A DNA stretch of 64,000 bases, taken from the NCBI GenBank assembly GCA_017992455.1, contig JAGOOP010000004.1:24567-88566 (forward strand), in the 5' to 3' direction. Position 1 is the first letter of the stretch. Every line of letters begins with the position of its first letter. Positions 8,186 through 18,109 of this stretch are shown here, piece after piece. Both the position numbers and the translations under genes were made by a program. The notes under the pieces are model-generated. The model had not been told where the DNA came from, ran no database searches, and worked only from the letters and a program-made list of their open reading frames with translations. Source of the stretch: Candidatus Omnitrophota bacterium (GTDB lineage: Bacteria; Omnitrophota; Gorgyraeia; Gygaellales; Profunditerraquicolaceae).

Positions 8186-9282
8186 TTTTTAGACTGCGGC
8201 GCAGCACGCCGCGCTCCCCGCAATGGCAGAACGCTCGTCCCTTTGAGCATCGACGCGCGGATATTCTTGAGGTACGGCGGCCTGACAATGCCGCAGTCGG
8301 TGATGATCGCGGTGATCAGCCCGTGGTCCGTCACGTCGAAGGCCGGGTTGTACACGGCTACCCCGCCGGCTGCGATCGGTTTTTTGAAAAAAAGACGGGT
8401 GACTTCGTCCGCAGGCCGCTGTTCGATATCGATATCGCGCCCGCTTCGCGCGCGCAGGTCAAAGGTCGAGCTCGGCGCCGCGACGTAGAAAGGTATCCGG
8501 TGATGATGCGCGAGCACCGCAAGCGAGTATGTCCCTATTTTATTGGCGGTATCCCCGTTTGCCGCGATCCGGTCTGCGCCGGTTATCACCGCATCGACCG
8601 ATCCCTGACGCATGAGCGATGCCGCCATGCTGTCGCATATAAGCGTAACATCAATTCCCTTCTTTTTCAACTCCCATGACGTCAGCCGCGCTCCCTGCAA
8701 AAGGGGCCGCGTTTCGCACGCGAATACCCTGAAACGCCTGCCCTGCTCCCGGGCGCGATACAATACTCCCAGCGCAGTGCCGTAGTCGATAGTCGCCAGT
8801 ATCCCGGCATTGCATACCGTCAATACGGAGAAGCCGTTTTTGATCAGGGGCGCGCCGGATCTGCCGATCCTGCGGCAGGTCTGCCGGTCTTCCTCGATGA
8901 TCAGCATCGCTTCTTTGAACAAAAGCCGCTTGATCTGCGCGATACTCTGGCGGCGGTTTGCGACCGCGACCGACGCCATGCGCTCAAGGCCCCAGAAAAG
9001 GTTCCGTGCCGTAGGCCGCGATGTGCCGAGATACCGGATCACGCGGTCCATCTGCGAAGCGAATTCCCGGTACGTTTTTGCGCCTGAATCCTTGATGCCC
9101 AGGTACACGCCCAGACCTGCCGCAGCCCCGAGCGCAGGAGCGCCCCGGACCTGAAGGACCCTGATCGCATGCCAGAGGCAGCGCAGGTCCCTGATATACA
9201 CGCGGCGCAGTTCAGCCGGCAGGCGCGTCTGGTCGATGATCCTGATCGCATTGCCCGCCCATTCGATCGTGCGCAGATTCAA
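8176..9282 (-). CDS. mtnA: S-methyl-5-thioribose-1-phosphate isomerase (eIF-2B alpha/beta/delta family)
   Basis: IRIIDQTRLP, VRGAPALG, VITGADRIAANGDTANKIGTY motifs. Confidence 0.8.
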   Translation of the reverse strand: MNLRTIEWAGNAIRIIDQTRLPAELRRVYIRDLRCLWHAIRVLQVRGAPALGAAAGLGVYLGIKDSGAKTYREFASQMDRVIRYLGTSRPTARNLFWGLERMASVAVANRRQSIAQIKRLLFKEAMLIIEEDRQTCRRIGRSGAPLIKNGFSVLTVCNAGILATIDYGTALGVLYRAREQGRRFRVFACETRPLLQGARLTSWELKKKGIDVTLICDSMAASLMRQGSVDAVITGADRIAANGDTANKIGTYSLAVLAHHHRIPFYVAAPSSTFDLRARSGRDIDIEQRPADEVTRLFFKKPIAAGGVAVYNPAFDVTDHGLITAIITDCGIVRPPYLKNIRASMLKGTSVLPLRGARRAAPQSKKCL

Positions 9283-9881
9283 GTCCCTCTCCTTTCAAGT
9301 TCCGAGATGCGCCGGACGATCTGCTTCCTGATACCCCGGCACTGGCCCGGTTTCAGAAGCGCCAGGACGGTCCGGTATGAGGCAAGCGCGCCGTCGTTGT
9401 CCCCGAGATTCATCTGAGCGTCGGCGAGATTATCATACGTCACCGCCCGCCCGGGCTCAAGCTCCAGCGCCGTGTAAAAACAGCCGATCGCCTCGGTATG
9501 CCTGCCGATATTGTTCAGGAGCCATCCTTTATTATGATAGATCGTGGCGTAATCCGGCTCAGCCGCGATGCCGCGGTCGAAAAAAGGCATTGCCCCGTCT
9601 ATAAGGCCGATCTCCACCATGCACAAAGCCCGGTCGTTGAACGCCGCGCCGTCATGCGGGTTGAGCGCGATCGCGCGATCGAGATGCTCGATCGCGGTGA
9701 CAAAGTTGCCGCGTATGATCTGGACCTGCGCCCTGAAATATTCCGCCTCTGCCGCGGCGCGGGCATCCTGCGCGGCCCGCAATCCCCGTCGGGCAAGCGC
9801 CAGGGCCTGCTTTTGCGTGCCGTAGGTGATCGCGTCATCGAGCTCTTTGCGCAGTACGGGGAAAAAAGCGTGTTTAGACAT
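9279..9881 (-). CDS. tetratricopeptide-repeat protein
   Basis: ORF 9279..9971; repeated A-x-x-Y/F-x-x-A-L-x-L-x-P helices; trimmed to ATG 9881 (MSKHAFF) just past tatD stop. Confidence 0.6.
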   Translation of the reverse strand: MSKHAFFPVLRKELDDAITYGTQKQALALARRGLRAAQDARAAAEAEYFRAQVQIIRGNFVTAIEHLDRAIALNPHDGAAFNDRALCMVEIGLIDGAMPFFDRGIAAEPDYATIYHNKGWLLNNIGRHTEAIGCFYTALELEPGRAVTYDNLADAQMNLGDNDGALASYRTVLALLKPGQCRGIRKQIVRRISELERRGT

Positions 9882-10659
9882 CGAGCGAAAAGAACCTGAC
9901 CGCATTCTGCGTCGTTGCCCGGCAGATATCCTCGAACGGAACGTTGCGCAGTCCCGCGACCGTTTCCGCAAGCAGGCGGACCGAAGCGGGCTCGTTGCGC
10001 TTTCCGCGCGATCCTTCGGGAGACAGATACGGGGCGTCGGTCTCGAGGAACAGACGGTCGAGCGGAACGATCGCGGCCAGATCGCGCAGGCCCTGGGATC
10101 TTTTATACGTTATGTTGCACGTAAAAGAGATATAAAAACCCATGTCCAGGCAATCGCGCATGAAACGCTCATCGCCCGAGAAACAATGGACGACGGCGCG
10201 CTCCAGCTTTTCCTCCCTGACGATGCGCAGGGTATCTTCCGCCGCCTGCCGGGTATGGATCACAACAGGCAGGTCCAGGTCCTGCGCCATGCGGATGAAC
10301 GATACGAACAGCCGCTGCTGGCTGTCCTGCGGGGAGAGATTGCGGTAATAATCGAGGCCGATCTCTCCGATGGCAACGACCTTGTCCGCGGCGGCAAGCG
10401 ACCGGACCTGCGCGAGGTCGCTGTCGCTGAAATCCCTGGCGTCATGCGGATGGCAGCCGACCACGGCGTACACATTCGGGTATTTTTTTGCAAGATCGAC
10501 GGAATTGACCGAACCCTCAAGGCTGGAACCGATATTGATGATGCGCCGCACGCCCTGCGCTTCGGCCCTGCGGATGACCTCGCCGCGGTCGGCGTCGTAA
10601 TCGTGAAAGTCGATATGGGCATGCGTATCTATCAGTTCGACGTCGGTCTGCAGTGGCAT
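9874..10659 (-). CDS. tatD: TatD-family metal-dependent hydrolase/DNase
   Basis: LIDTHAHIDFH metal motif, 261 aa TIM-barrel size. Confidence 0.85.
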   Translation of the reverse strand: MPLQTDVELIDTHAHIDFHDYDADRGEVIRRAEAQGVRRIINIGSSLEGSVNSVDLAKKYPNVYAVVGCHPHDARDFSDSDLAQVRSLAAADKVVAIGEIGLDYYRNLSPQDSQQRLFVSFIRMAQDLDLPVVIHTRQAAEDTLRIVREEKLERAVVHCFSGDERFMRDCLDMGFYISFTCNITYKRSQGLRDLAAIVPLDRLFLETDAPYLSPEGSRGKRNEPASVRLLAETVAGLRNVPFEDICRATTQNAVRFFSLDV

Positions 10660-10666
10660 GATCGTG

Positions 10667-12205
10667 CTATTTCTTTTCCGTGCGTTTTTTGCCGTCCGTT
10701 TCTATCCGCGGGAACAGCGGCGCGCCTTTGGCGATCGTGTCCCGGCCGAGCTGTTCTTTGATTGACCGCGCGGTCCCGGGCATGAACGGCTCGATAAGCG
10801 ATCCGGCCGTTCGTATCACTTCCACCAAAAGCCGCATGAACGCCCGGAGCTGTTCGTCCTTGCTTTCTTTTGCCAGGTTCCACGGCTTGGTCTCTTCGAC
10901 ATATTTATTCGCCATATTGATAAGCCCCCAGAGCTGTTCGAGCGCGGCTGAAAAATTCGCGTCCTGCGCAGGCGATAACGACTGTTCCATCAGTCCGTCG
11001 ATCTCGCCGATCAGGCGGACGATCTCGGCACCGCGTTCGTCGAACCGGTACGCGCCGATATCGACCGCGGGGACATTGCCGTTATAATATTTTTCGACCA
11101 TGGTCAGCGTCCGGAACACGAGATTCCCCAGGTCATTGGCGAGATCTCCGTTGAACCGCTTGACGATGGCCTCCTCGGAAAAGTTTCCGTCAAGGCCGAA
11201 GGGCACCTCCCGGACGAGAAAATACCGGTAGACGTCGACCCCGTATTTCTTCGACATGTCAAGGGGCGCGACGACATTGCCGCGGGATTTGGACATCTTC
11301 GCGTCGTTGATGAGCCACCAGCCGTGGACGAGAAGGCTGTGCGGCGGCTCGATGCCGAGCGCGCGGAGCATGATGGGCCAATAGATGGCATGCTGGCGCA
11401 GGATATCCTTTGCCATGAGCTGAACGTCGGCCGGCCACCATTTCGACCGGTATACGCCGTCCGCATCGAACTCTCCGACCGCGCTGATATAATTGATCAG
11501 CGCGTCGAACCAGACATAGGTGACATGGCCGGGCGAGAACGGCAGCGGGATCCCCCATGACAGCCGCTCCTTCGGACGGGAAATACACAGATCGGTCAGC
11601 GTGTTCTGCCTCAGGAAGCTCAACACTTCGTTGCGCCTGATCACGGGACGCACGAAATCAGGATGTTCTTCGATGTACGAGATGAGCCAGTCCTGGTATT
11701 TCGAAAGCCTGAAGAAAAAATTCTGCTCCGCGATGTGCTCGACCGGCCGCCGGCAGTCGGGGCACAGCTTGTCGACCGCCTGCTCTTCGGTCCAGAAGCT
11801 CTCGCAGGGAGAACAATACCATCCTTCATACGTCGACTGATAGATATCGCCCTTTTGATACACGATCTCAAGCACGCGGCGGACGAATTGCTTGTGGCGT
11901 TCTTCCGTCGTGCGGATAAAATCGTCATATGAGATACCGAGATCCGCCCACAGGTCTTTGAATTTCCGGGCGATGCCGTCGGCAAAGGCCTGCGGTTCGA
12001 TGCCGGCTTGCGCCGCGGCCCGTTGTATCTTCTGCCCGTGCTCGTCGGTGCCGGTCAGAAACCAGACGCGGCCCGCCCCGAGGGACCGGCGCATCCGCCG
12101 CGCGAGGATATCGGCGGCGATCGTCGTATATGAATGGCCGATATGCGGCTCGGCGTTCACGTAATACAGCGGCGTCGTTATGTAGAATTTCTTATCCATC
12201 GTCAC
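10667..12205 (-). CDS. metG: methionine--tRNA ligase (short form)
   Basis: PHIGHSYTT (HIGH) and KMSKSRGN (KMSKS) motifs. Confidence 0.9.
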   Translation of the reverse strand: MTMDKKFYITTPLYYVNAEPHIGHSYTTIAADILARRMRRSLGAGRVWFLTGTDEHGQKIQRAAAQAGIEPQAFADGIARKFKDLWADLGISYDDFIRTTEERHKQFVRRVLEIVYQKGDIYQSTYEGWYCSPCESFWTEEQAVDKLCPDCRRPVEHIAEQNFFFRLSKYQDWLISYIEEHPDFVRPVIRRNEVLSFLRQNTLTDLCISRPKERLSWGIPLPFSPGHVTYVWFDALINYISAVGEFDADGVYRSKWWPADVQLMAKDILRQHAIYWPIMLRALGIEPPHSLLVHGWWLINDAKMSKSRGNVVAPLDMSKKYGVDVYRYFLVREVPFGLDGNFSEEAIVKRFNGDLANDLGNLVFRTLTMVEKYYNGNVPAVDIGAYRFDERGAEIVRLIGEIDGLMEQSLSPAQDANFSAALEQLWGLINMANKYVEETKPWNLAKESKDEQLRAFMRLLVEVIRTAGSLIEPFMPGTARSIKEQLGRDTIAKGAPLFPRIETDGKKRTEKK

Positions 12206-12984
12206 TTGTACTGGACCTCGGCCTGCGTTCCGTCCTCCTGCTCGACCATGACCGTGCGCTTGAACACGTTGACGCTGACGACCTTGCCCTTGACGTTGTT
12301 GACGGAGATACGCTCTCCCTCGCGCGGCAGCCCTTTGGCCAGGACCTTATAGGTCCCGTATTCATAGTTCAGGCAGCACATGAGCCTGCCGCAGATGCCC
12401 GAGATCTTGGGCGTGTTGAGCGGAAGCCCCTCTTCCTTTGCCATCTTGATGGTCACCGGCTCGAAATCCTTTAAGAACGTCGCGCAGCACAGCTCCCTGC
12501 CGCACGGCCCGAAACCGCCGAAGAACCGCGTTTCGTCCCGCACGCCGATCTGCCGCAGCTCGATGCGCGCCTTGAATATCTTGGCGAGGTCCTTGACAAG
12601 GTCGCGGAAATCGACCCGGCCGTTCGAGGTGAAATAGAACACGATCTTGCTGCGGTCGAAGGAATATTCAGCCTGCACCAGCTTCATCTCCAGCTTGTGC
12701 TCGTCGATCTTGCGGGAACAGGTGTTAAATGCCTCTTTCGACTTTGCGCGGTTCTCCTCGATCCGTTTCAGGTCATCTGCCTGCGCAATGCGCAATATCT
12801 TTTTGACCGGCGGTTTCTCTCCCGCAGCGGGAGGGATCTGCTTGAGCGAAACGACCTGGCCGTAATCGTGGCCGCGGTCGTGTTCGACGATGACGTAATC
12901 GCCTTCCTTGACCTGACAATCACCGGGATAATAGGGGAACGTCTGGCCCGTATCCCGCAATCGCACGCATATTGTATTTTCCAT
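12202..12984 (-). CDS. ricT: PSP1-domain protein (RicT/YaaT-like)
   Basis: 260 aa; cysteine cluster CGRELCCATFL ... CGRLMCCLNYE typical of PSP1/YaaT; follows holB as in Firmicutes. Confidence 0.75.
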   Translation of the reverse strand: MENTICVRLRDTGQTFPYYPGDCQVKEGDYVIVEHDRGHDYGQVVSLKQIPPAAGEKPPVKKILRIAQADDLKRIEENRAKSKEAFNTCSRKIDEHKLEMKLVQAEYSFDRSKIVFYFTSNGRVDFRDLVKDLAKIFKARIELRQIGVRDETRFFGGFGPCGRELCCATFLKDFEPVTIKMAKEEGLPLNTPKISGICGRLMCCLNYEYGTYKVLAKGLPREGERISVNNVKGKVVSVNVFKRTVMVEQEDGTQAEVQYK

Positions 12985-13002
12985 ATCACGCCTCTCTTAT
13001 GA

Positions 13003-14022
13003 TCACGCCGGAGGCGACTGCCTGCACCCGGCGATCATATTCGATACCAGTAATTTCTTGTTCACGTTGCGCCCCACGTTCAGGGCTGATTCGGATAAAA
13101 GATCGAAAATGCGGTCGAGGTCCGCGAATGAATACCTCCGCGCGCCCTCCGCAAGCTCTGCGGCACGGTCCGCATGGATGAGCTCCTGCCCTCCGGCGCC
13201 GGTCTTGAGCAGATATATGTCCCTGAACCACGACGCCAGGATGCTGAAACTGGCGCTCAAGTCCTGACGCGAGGCCGCCGGGACCGGGTCGTCGAGCCGC
13301 CTGCCGCTGTCGCAGAACAGGTCGATGATCTTGTTCTTTTCTTCGAAAATGCCGCGTTCCTTCAGCTTCAACGCCGCGCCCAGGCTCCCCTCGGAAAAGA
13401 ACGCGAGAAAATGCGCCTCTTTCGGGCTGCAGGCTGCGCCGCCTTCCCTCGGCCGGCGCAGCGTCTGCTCAAGCGCACTGCGGGATAAGGGATAGAACTT
13501 CACCATCCTGCACCGCGACAGGATCGTCGGCAGCAGCAGCGAGCGCCGGTCGGTGATCAGGATGATCACGCTGTCTGACGGAGGTTCTTCCAGTGTTTTC
13601 AAGAATGCATTGGCGGATTCAAGGTTCAGCTCATGCGCATTGTTGATGATGAACACTTTTTTACGGCCCTCATACGGCCGGTAATTGATATCCTCCTGCA
13701 GCTGGCGGATCTGCGCGATGCGTATCTGGCCGGGCTCTTCCGGATCCTTGTCCGCTGCGCCGCCCGGCGCGGCGGATGAATCGACGATATGCACGTCCGG
13801 ATGCGCATCTTTATCGATCTTCCGGCAGGACACGCACTCGTCACAGCCGGATGCGCCGGGCGTCAGGCAATTGAGCGCTTTGGCAAAGGCAGCCGCAGTC
13901 AGCGCTTTGCCCACGCCCGCAGGGCCGGTGAAAAGATACGCGCCGTCGGCGGCTGCGGTACCGATATATCCTTTCAGCCTGCCGACCGCTTTCTCCTGTC
14001 CGATAATATCGCCGAATGTCAT
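13003..14022 (-). CDS. holB: DNA polymerase III subunit delta-prime
   Basis: GPAGVGKALTA P-loop-like, zinc module CDECVSC, SRC motif (ILSRCRMV). Confidence 0.8.
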   Translation of the reverse strand: MTFGDIIGQEKAVGRLKGYIGTAAADGAYLFTGPAGVGKALTAAAFAKALNCLTPGASGCDECVSCRKIDKDAHPDVHIVDSSAAPGGAADKDPEEPGQIRIAQIRQLQEDINYRPYEGRKKVFIINNAHELNLESANAFLKTLEEPPSDSVIILITDRRSLLLPTILSRCRMVKFYPLSRSALEQTLRRPREGGAACSPKEAHFLAFFSEGSLGAALKLKERGIFEEKNKIIDLFCDSGRRLDDPVPAASRQDLSASFSILASWFRDIYLLKTGAGGQELIHADRAAELAEGARRYSFADLDRIFDLLSESALNVGRNVNKKLLVSNMIAGCRQSPPA

Positions 14023-14651
14023 ATGCGGTACTTACGCCTCTGTAACAAAGCCGTCACTTCCGCGCGGACGGCCGCCTGTGTCCGGTCTTTATCCGCAGCG
14101 ACCTTCACGATCCTGAAGCGGCGCGGCTCGGACCGCGCCAGTGCCATATATCCGCGCCTGACCCGCGCGTGGTAGGCGAAATCGCGCCTCTCGATACGGT
14201 CCTTGCGCGCTCCGATATTGCCGAGCGCTTTTTTTAACGGCAGATCGAGCAGGAGGGTCAGGTCGGGCTTGATGGCCGACGTTGCGAACGACCCGAGCGA
14301 CCGGATGAGCTTCACGTTCATGCCGAGGCCGCAGCCCTGATACACGACCGTTGAATCGAGGAACCGGTCGCATAAAACGATCGCCCCGCCTGCAAGCGCA
14401 GGCTTGATGACCTCTTCCACGGTCTGGCAGCGGCTGGCCATGTAAAGCAATAATTCGGTGCCTGCCGCCATTGCCGCGTTGGACGGGTCCAGGAGGATAT
14501 TCCTGATCATTTCGCTGATATGCGTGCCTCCCGGCTCGCGCAGATAAACCACCGTGCAGCCCTGCTTGATCAAATGGTCATACAGGAGCCTCGACTGCGT
14601 GCTTTTGCCGCAGCGCTCCGAACCTTCGAATGTGATGAACACACCTTTCAC
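14019..14651 (-). CDS. tmk: dTMP (thymidylate) kinase
   Basis: ORF 14019..14720; P-loop FEGSERCGKST; start moved to GTG 14651 (AGGAG + 6 nt upstream), longer ORF reads through the 26-bp stem element. Confidence 0.85.
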   Translation of the reverse strand: MKGVFITFEGSERCGKSTQSRLLYDHLIKQGCTVVYLREPGGTHISEMIRNILLDPSNAAMAAGTELLLYMASRCQTVEEVIKPALAGGAIVLCDRFLDSTVVYQGCGLGMNVKLIRSLGSFATSAIKPDLTLLLDLPLKKALGNIGARKDRIERRDFAYHARVRRGYMALARSEPRRFRIVKVAADKDRTQAAVRAEVTALLQRRKYRI

Positions 14652-14671
14652 ATGGAACTCCTGGTATTGGG

Positions 14672-14825
14672 CGGGCTGTGTGGGTGCCTTCTCAGGGCAT
14701 GTGAAGCCCCGAGCGGGCACGGATCACCCGCAATCTAAATGCTCAGTGAGAGCGAGGGGCGGAACTGAGTGAGCCGGCCTCGCAGGGGCCGGCGAACGTC
14801 CCTGAGAAGGCACCCACACAGCCCG
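14672..14825. other. 154-nt structured intergenic element: 26-bp perfect closing inverted repeat around three small hairpins
   Basis: CGGGCTGTGTGGGTGCCTTCTCAGGG (14672-14697) = exact reverse complement of 14800-14825. Inner stems at 14713-17/14727-31, 14742-47/14764-69 and 14773-79/14787-93. Lies 7 nt after the cysS stop and 20 nt before the tmk start. Confidence 0.8.
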
Positions 14826-14832
14826 GCCATTC

Positions 14833-16239
14833 CTATAATTTCCTGCGCCAGGTGGTGCCGTCCTTCGTGTCCTCAAGGATGACGCCCCTCGCTTCAAGCG
14901 ATGCCCGGATACCGTCGGATTCCTTGAACTTTTTCGCCGCCTTGTATCGCGCGCGCTCGGCGATCAATGCCCGCACTTCTTCATCAGGTACGCCGCCGGA
15001 TACGCGCGCCTGGAACGACAACCCGAAAATGGCCGCGATCTCTTTTATGAAACCGGCCGCGGACGCCAGTTTCTGCGCCTGTCCGCCGTTGTCCGCTCCG
15101 TCAAGGACCTTGTTGCAGGCGGTCACGACGTCGAAAAGAACGGACAGTCCCCGCGGGGTATTAAAATCGTCGTCCATGAACCGCAGGAACTGCTCTTTGA
15201 ACGGCGCGCAGAAATCATCCGCGCCCGGATCGGCGCCCGCGCGTTCATCGCCGAGCCTGCTCAAAAGGGTTGTGATACGCTCGTATGCCTGCGTCGCCTC
15301 CTCCATCTTCTTATCGGAAAAATCGATGGGGCTGGAATAGTGAGCCTGTAAGAAGAATATTTTGAGCACATCCGGGTGATATTTCTTAAGCGCTTCCTTG
15401 ATCGTGATAAAATTCCCAAGGGATTTCGACATTTTCTGGCCGTTGATGGTCAGAAGGCCGTGATGGATCCAGTGCGTGGCGAACGACTTCCCGGTCAAGG
15501 CCTCTGCCTGCGCGATCTCGTTCTCGTGATGCGGGAATATGAGATCGCGGCCGCCGGCGTGAATATCGATCGTATCGCTTTCGAGGTATTTCATCGACAT
15601 GACCGAACATTCGATGTGCCAGCCTGGTCTGCCCGGTCCCCAGGGGCTCTCCCATGAGGGTTCGCCCGGCTTCGACGCCTTCCAGAGCGCGAAATCGAGC
15701 GGATCGCGCTTGTTCTCGTCGGAATCCTTGCGCACGCCCGTGAGCATCGCTTCGATGCTCTGGCCCGAGAGTTTCCCGTAGGACGAGAACTTCCGCACGT
15801 TGAAATACACGCCTGTCCCGGTCACGTAGGCGTACTTTTTTTCGATAAGCTTTTCTATATGCGCGATCATCCCGGGGATGTTCTCCGTCGCGCGCGGCTC
15901 GATATCGGCCCGGGGGATCCCGAGCGCCTTCATGTCTTCGTAATACCGCTCGATATATCTGGCCACGAGCCCTTTCCAATCGGCCTGCAATTCATTCGCG
16001 CGGTTGATGATCTTATCGTCGATATCGGTGATGTTGCGCACGAACAGGACGTCATACCCGCGGTACGACAGATACCGGCGTATCACCTCGAATATATAGA
16101 GGCTCCGCGCGTGGCCGATATGGCAGTCGTCATACACGGTCACCCCGCACGAATACATGGTAAGCCGGGGCGCTGCCTGCACGGCGAGCGCTTCCTTCTT
16201 TTGCGTAAGTGAATTATAAATGGTCAGCGGCGCGGGCAT
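14833..16239 (-). CDS. cysS: cysteine--tRNA ligase
   Basis: CHIGHARS (HIGH) and KMSKSLGN motifs; ATG 16239 (MPAPLTIYNSL) preferred, alternative 16287. Confidence 0.9.
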   Translation of the reverse strand: MPAPLTIYNSLTQKKEALAVQAAPRLTMYSCGVTVYDDCHIGHARSLYIFEVIRRYLSYRGYDVLFVRNITDIDDKIINRANELQADWKGLVARYIERYYEDMKALGIPRADIEPRATENIPGMIAHIEKLIEKKYAYVTGTGVYFNVRKFSSYGKLSGQSIEAMLTGVRKDSDENKRDPLDFALWKASKPGEPSWESPWGPGRPGWHIECSVMSMKYLESDTIDIHAGGRDLIFPHHENEIAQAEALTGKSFATHWIHHGLLTINGQKMSKSLGNFITIKEALKKYHPDVLKIFFLQAHYSSPIDFSDKKMEEATQAYERITTLLSRLGDERAGADPGADDFCAPFKEQFLRFMDDDFNTPRGLSVLFDVVTACNKVLDGADNGGQAQKLASAAGFIKEIAAIFGLSFQARVSGGVPDEEVRALIAERARYKAAKKFKESDGIRASLEARGVILEDTKDGTTWRRKL

Positions 16240-16243
16240 AGGT

Positions 16244-16927
16244 TCATTTCTTCTTTTCAAGTTGTTCGATGCGTTTCTCAAGCTCATCGATCGTCTGCAT
16301 CAGGGGATCGAGGATATGGATATGGTCGAGCGAGATGTCGATCTTGCGGCCTTCCTGCCTGGTGATCCGGCCCGGGACGCCGACAACGGTCGAATTCTGG
16401 GGAACATCCTTGATGACAACGGCGTTGGCGCCGATATACGCGTTATCGCCGACAATGATATTGCCGAGCACCTTGGCGCCCGCGCCGATGACCACGTTAT
16501 TGCCGATGGTCGGATGGCGCTTGCCTTTTTCAAGCCCCGTGCCGCCGAGGGTAACGCCCTGGTACAGGAGAACATCGTCGCCGATGACCGCCGTTTCCCC
16601 GATCACGACCCCCATGCCGTGATCGATGAAAAAACGCTTGCCGATCCGGGCGCCCGGATGGATCTCGATCCCGGTCATGGAACGCGCACACTGGCTGACG
16701 GCCCGCGCGATAAAGAACAGGCCCCGCTCGTAAAAAAAGTGAGCGATGCGGTTATAGATGAGCGCATGGAGCCCCTGGTACAAAAGCACGACCTCCAGCA
16801 CGCTGCGGACCGCCGGGTCGCGCTTTTGGATCGTCCGGATCTCATCGGTGAAGACCGTCGATATGATAAAAAGCTTCAGGATGAACAGGACTGCAAGGAC
16901 CAGGATGACCGCCAGTATCGTGATCAC
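16244..16927 (-). CDS. cysE: serine O-acetyltransferase with hydrophobic N-terminal extension
   Basis: [13 protein letters not shown], hexapeptide repeats [11 protein letters not shown]...[13 protein letters not shown]...; only in-frame start is GTG 16927, giving [23 protein letters not shown]. Confidence 0.85.
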   Translation of the reverse strand: MITILAVILVLAVLFILKLFIISTVFTDEIRTIQKRDPAVRSVLEVVLLYQGLHALIYNRIAHFFYERGLFFIARAVSQCARSMTGIEIHPGARIGKRFFIDHGMGVVIGETAVIGDDVLLYQGVTLGGTGLEKGKRHPTIGNNVVIGAGAKVLGNIIVGDNAYIGANAVVIKDVPQNSTVVGVPGRITRQEGRKIDISLDHIHILDPLMQTIDELEKRIEQLEKKK

Positions 16928-16928
16928 G

Positions 16929-17408
16929 TCATACCCCTTTCATTATCAGTGCCGTTGCCCAGCAGGCGATCCCCTGCGACCGGCCCAGCGGGCCGAGCCT
17001 TTCAGGGGTCGTTGCCTTCACGCCGACGCACGATACCGGTATCCCGAGCGCGGCTGCGATATTACGGGCCATGTCTTTCTTGTGACCTCCCAGGCGCGGC
17101 TCCTGGCAGATGATCACCGAATCGATATTGCCGATGCGGAATCCTTTTTTTCTTAACCGCGCGCGCACCGCGCGCAATAATTCCATGCTCGATATCCCTT
17201 TATACGCAGGGTCAGTATCGGGAAAATGTTCTCCGATGTCTCCCATGCCCGCGGCGCCGAGCAGCGCATCGCACACGGCATGGAGCAGGCAATCCGCGTC
17301 GGAATGCCCGTCCAATCCTCTGGAGAACGGCACGATCTTCCCTCCGAGGATAAGTTTGCGGCCCTTCTTAAACCGATGAATGTCATACCCTATGCCGACT
17401 TTGTTCAT
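16929..17408 (-). CDS. ispF: 2-C-methyl-D-erythritol 2,4-cyclodiphosphate synthase
   Basis: [26 protein letters not shown] motifs. Confidence 0.9.
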   Translation of the reverse strand: MNKVGIGYDIHRFKKGRKLILGGKIVPFSRGLDGHSDADCLLHAVCDALLGAAGMGDIGEHFPDTDPAYKGISSMELLRAVRARLRKKGFRIGNIDSVIICQEPRLGGHKKDMARNIAAALGIPVSCVGVKATTPERLGPLGRSQGIACWATALIMKGV

Positions 17409-18109
17409 CGATTGCTCCTTGCATGCACGAACGCCCGCGCAACGCGCAGGTCTTCGGGAGTGGTGATCTTTATATTGCCGTACGCGCCCATGACGACCGC
17501 GACCGGCACCCCGAGTTTCTCCACCAGGCCGGCGTCATCCGTCACCGCCGCGCCCGCGCATGCCCGGTACGCTTTTAAGATGATATCTTTCCTGAACAAT
17601 TGAGGGGTCTGTATCTCCCAGAGCCGCGAACGGTCAAGGGTCTGCCGGACTATCCCGCCGCTGCCCGGCCGGTCCGATATGACCTCTTTGATCGTGGCCT
17701 TTACCGGAACGCCCGGTATCGCCGTCCCGGTCCTGCGCGCAGCGCGGATGAGCCGCGCCAGGCACGCCGCATCGACGAACGGCCGCGCGGCATCGTGCAC
17801 CATGACATATCCGCATTCCGGCGCAAGCGCTCCAAGGCCGTTTTTCACCGAATCCTGCCGCCTGGTGCCCCCGTTGACGACGCCGATGACTTTTTTCGAA
17901 CCCGACGCCCTGACGCATTGGACCACGGCGCGCCGGTTCGATCGGTTGGCGACGACTACGATGGACGCGATCTCGGGGCAGGCGGATAGGACCCTGAGCG
18001 AATATTCCAGGACCTGTTTCGAACCCAGACGCACCAGCGGCTTGGAAACTTTTGACTTGAGCCTTTCGCCCCTGCCTGCGGCAAGGACGACCGCGCAGAT
18101 ATTCATCAT
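17405..18109 (-). CDS. ispD: 2-C-methyl-D-erythritol 4-phosphate cytidylyltransferase
   Basis: [13 protein letters not shown]-terminal motif; 4-nt overlap with ispF. Confidence 0.9.
   Translation of the reverse strand: MMNICAVVLAAGRGERLKSKVSKPLVRLGSKQVLEYSLRVLSACPEIASIVVVANRSNRRAVVQCVRASGSKKVIGVVNGGTRRQDSVKNGLGALAPECGYVMVHDAARPFVDAACLARLIRAARRTGTAIPGVPVKATIKEVISDRPGSGGIVRQTLDRSRLWEIQTPQLFRKDIILKAYRACAGAAVTDDAGLVEKLGVPVAVVMGAYGNIKITTPEDLRVARAFVHARSNR

Noticed and set aside
14741-14799. Hammerhead-ribozyme-like string CUGAGUGAG-[GCCGGCC...GGCCGGC]-CGAAC inside the cysS-tmk element.
   Set aside because: It resembles CUGAUGAG-stem II-CGAAAC. However, the core has an extra nucleotide in the CUGANGA box and only GAA instead of GAAA, and I could not place a cleavage-site helix. 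It does not satisfy the conserved core.
14672-14825. SRP (4.5S) RNA or 6S RNA as the identity of the structured element.
   Set aside because: Beyond the 26-bp stem the two sides do not continue as one long interrupted hairpin. The GGAA/AGCA domain IV motifs of SRP RNA are absent. A perfect 26-bp stem and three short inner hairpins do not fit the 6S closing-stem/central-bubble architecture.
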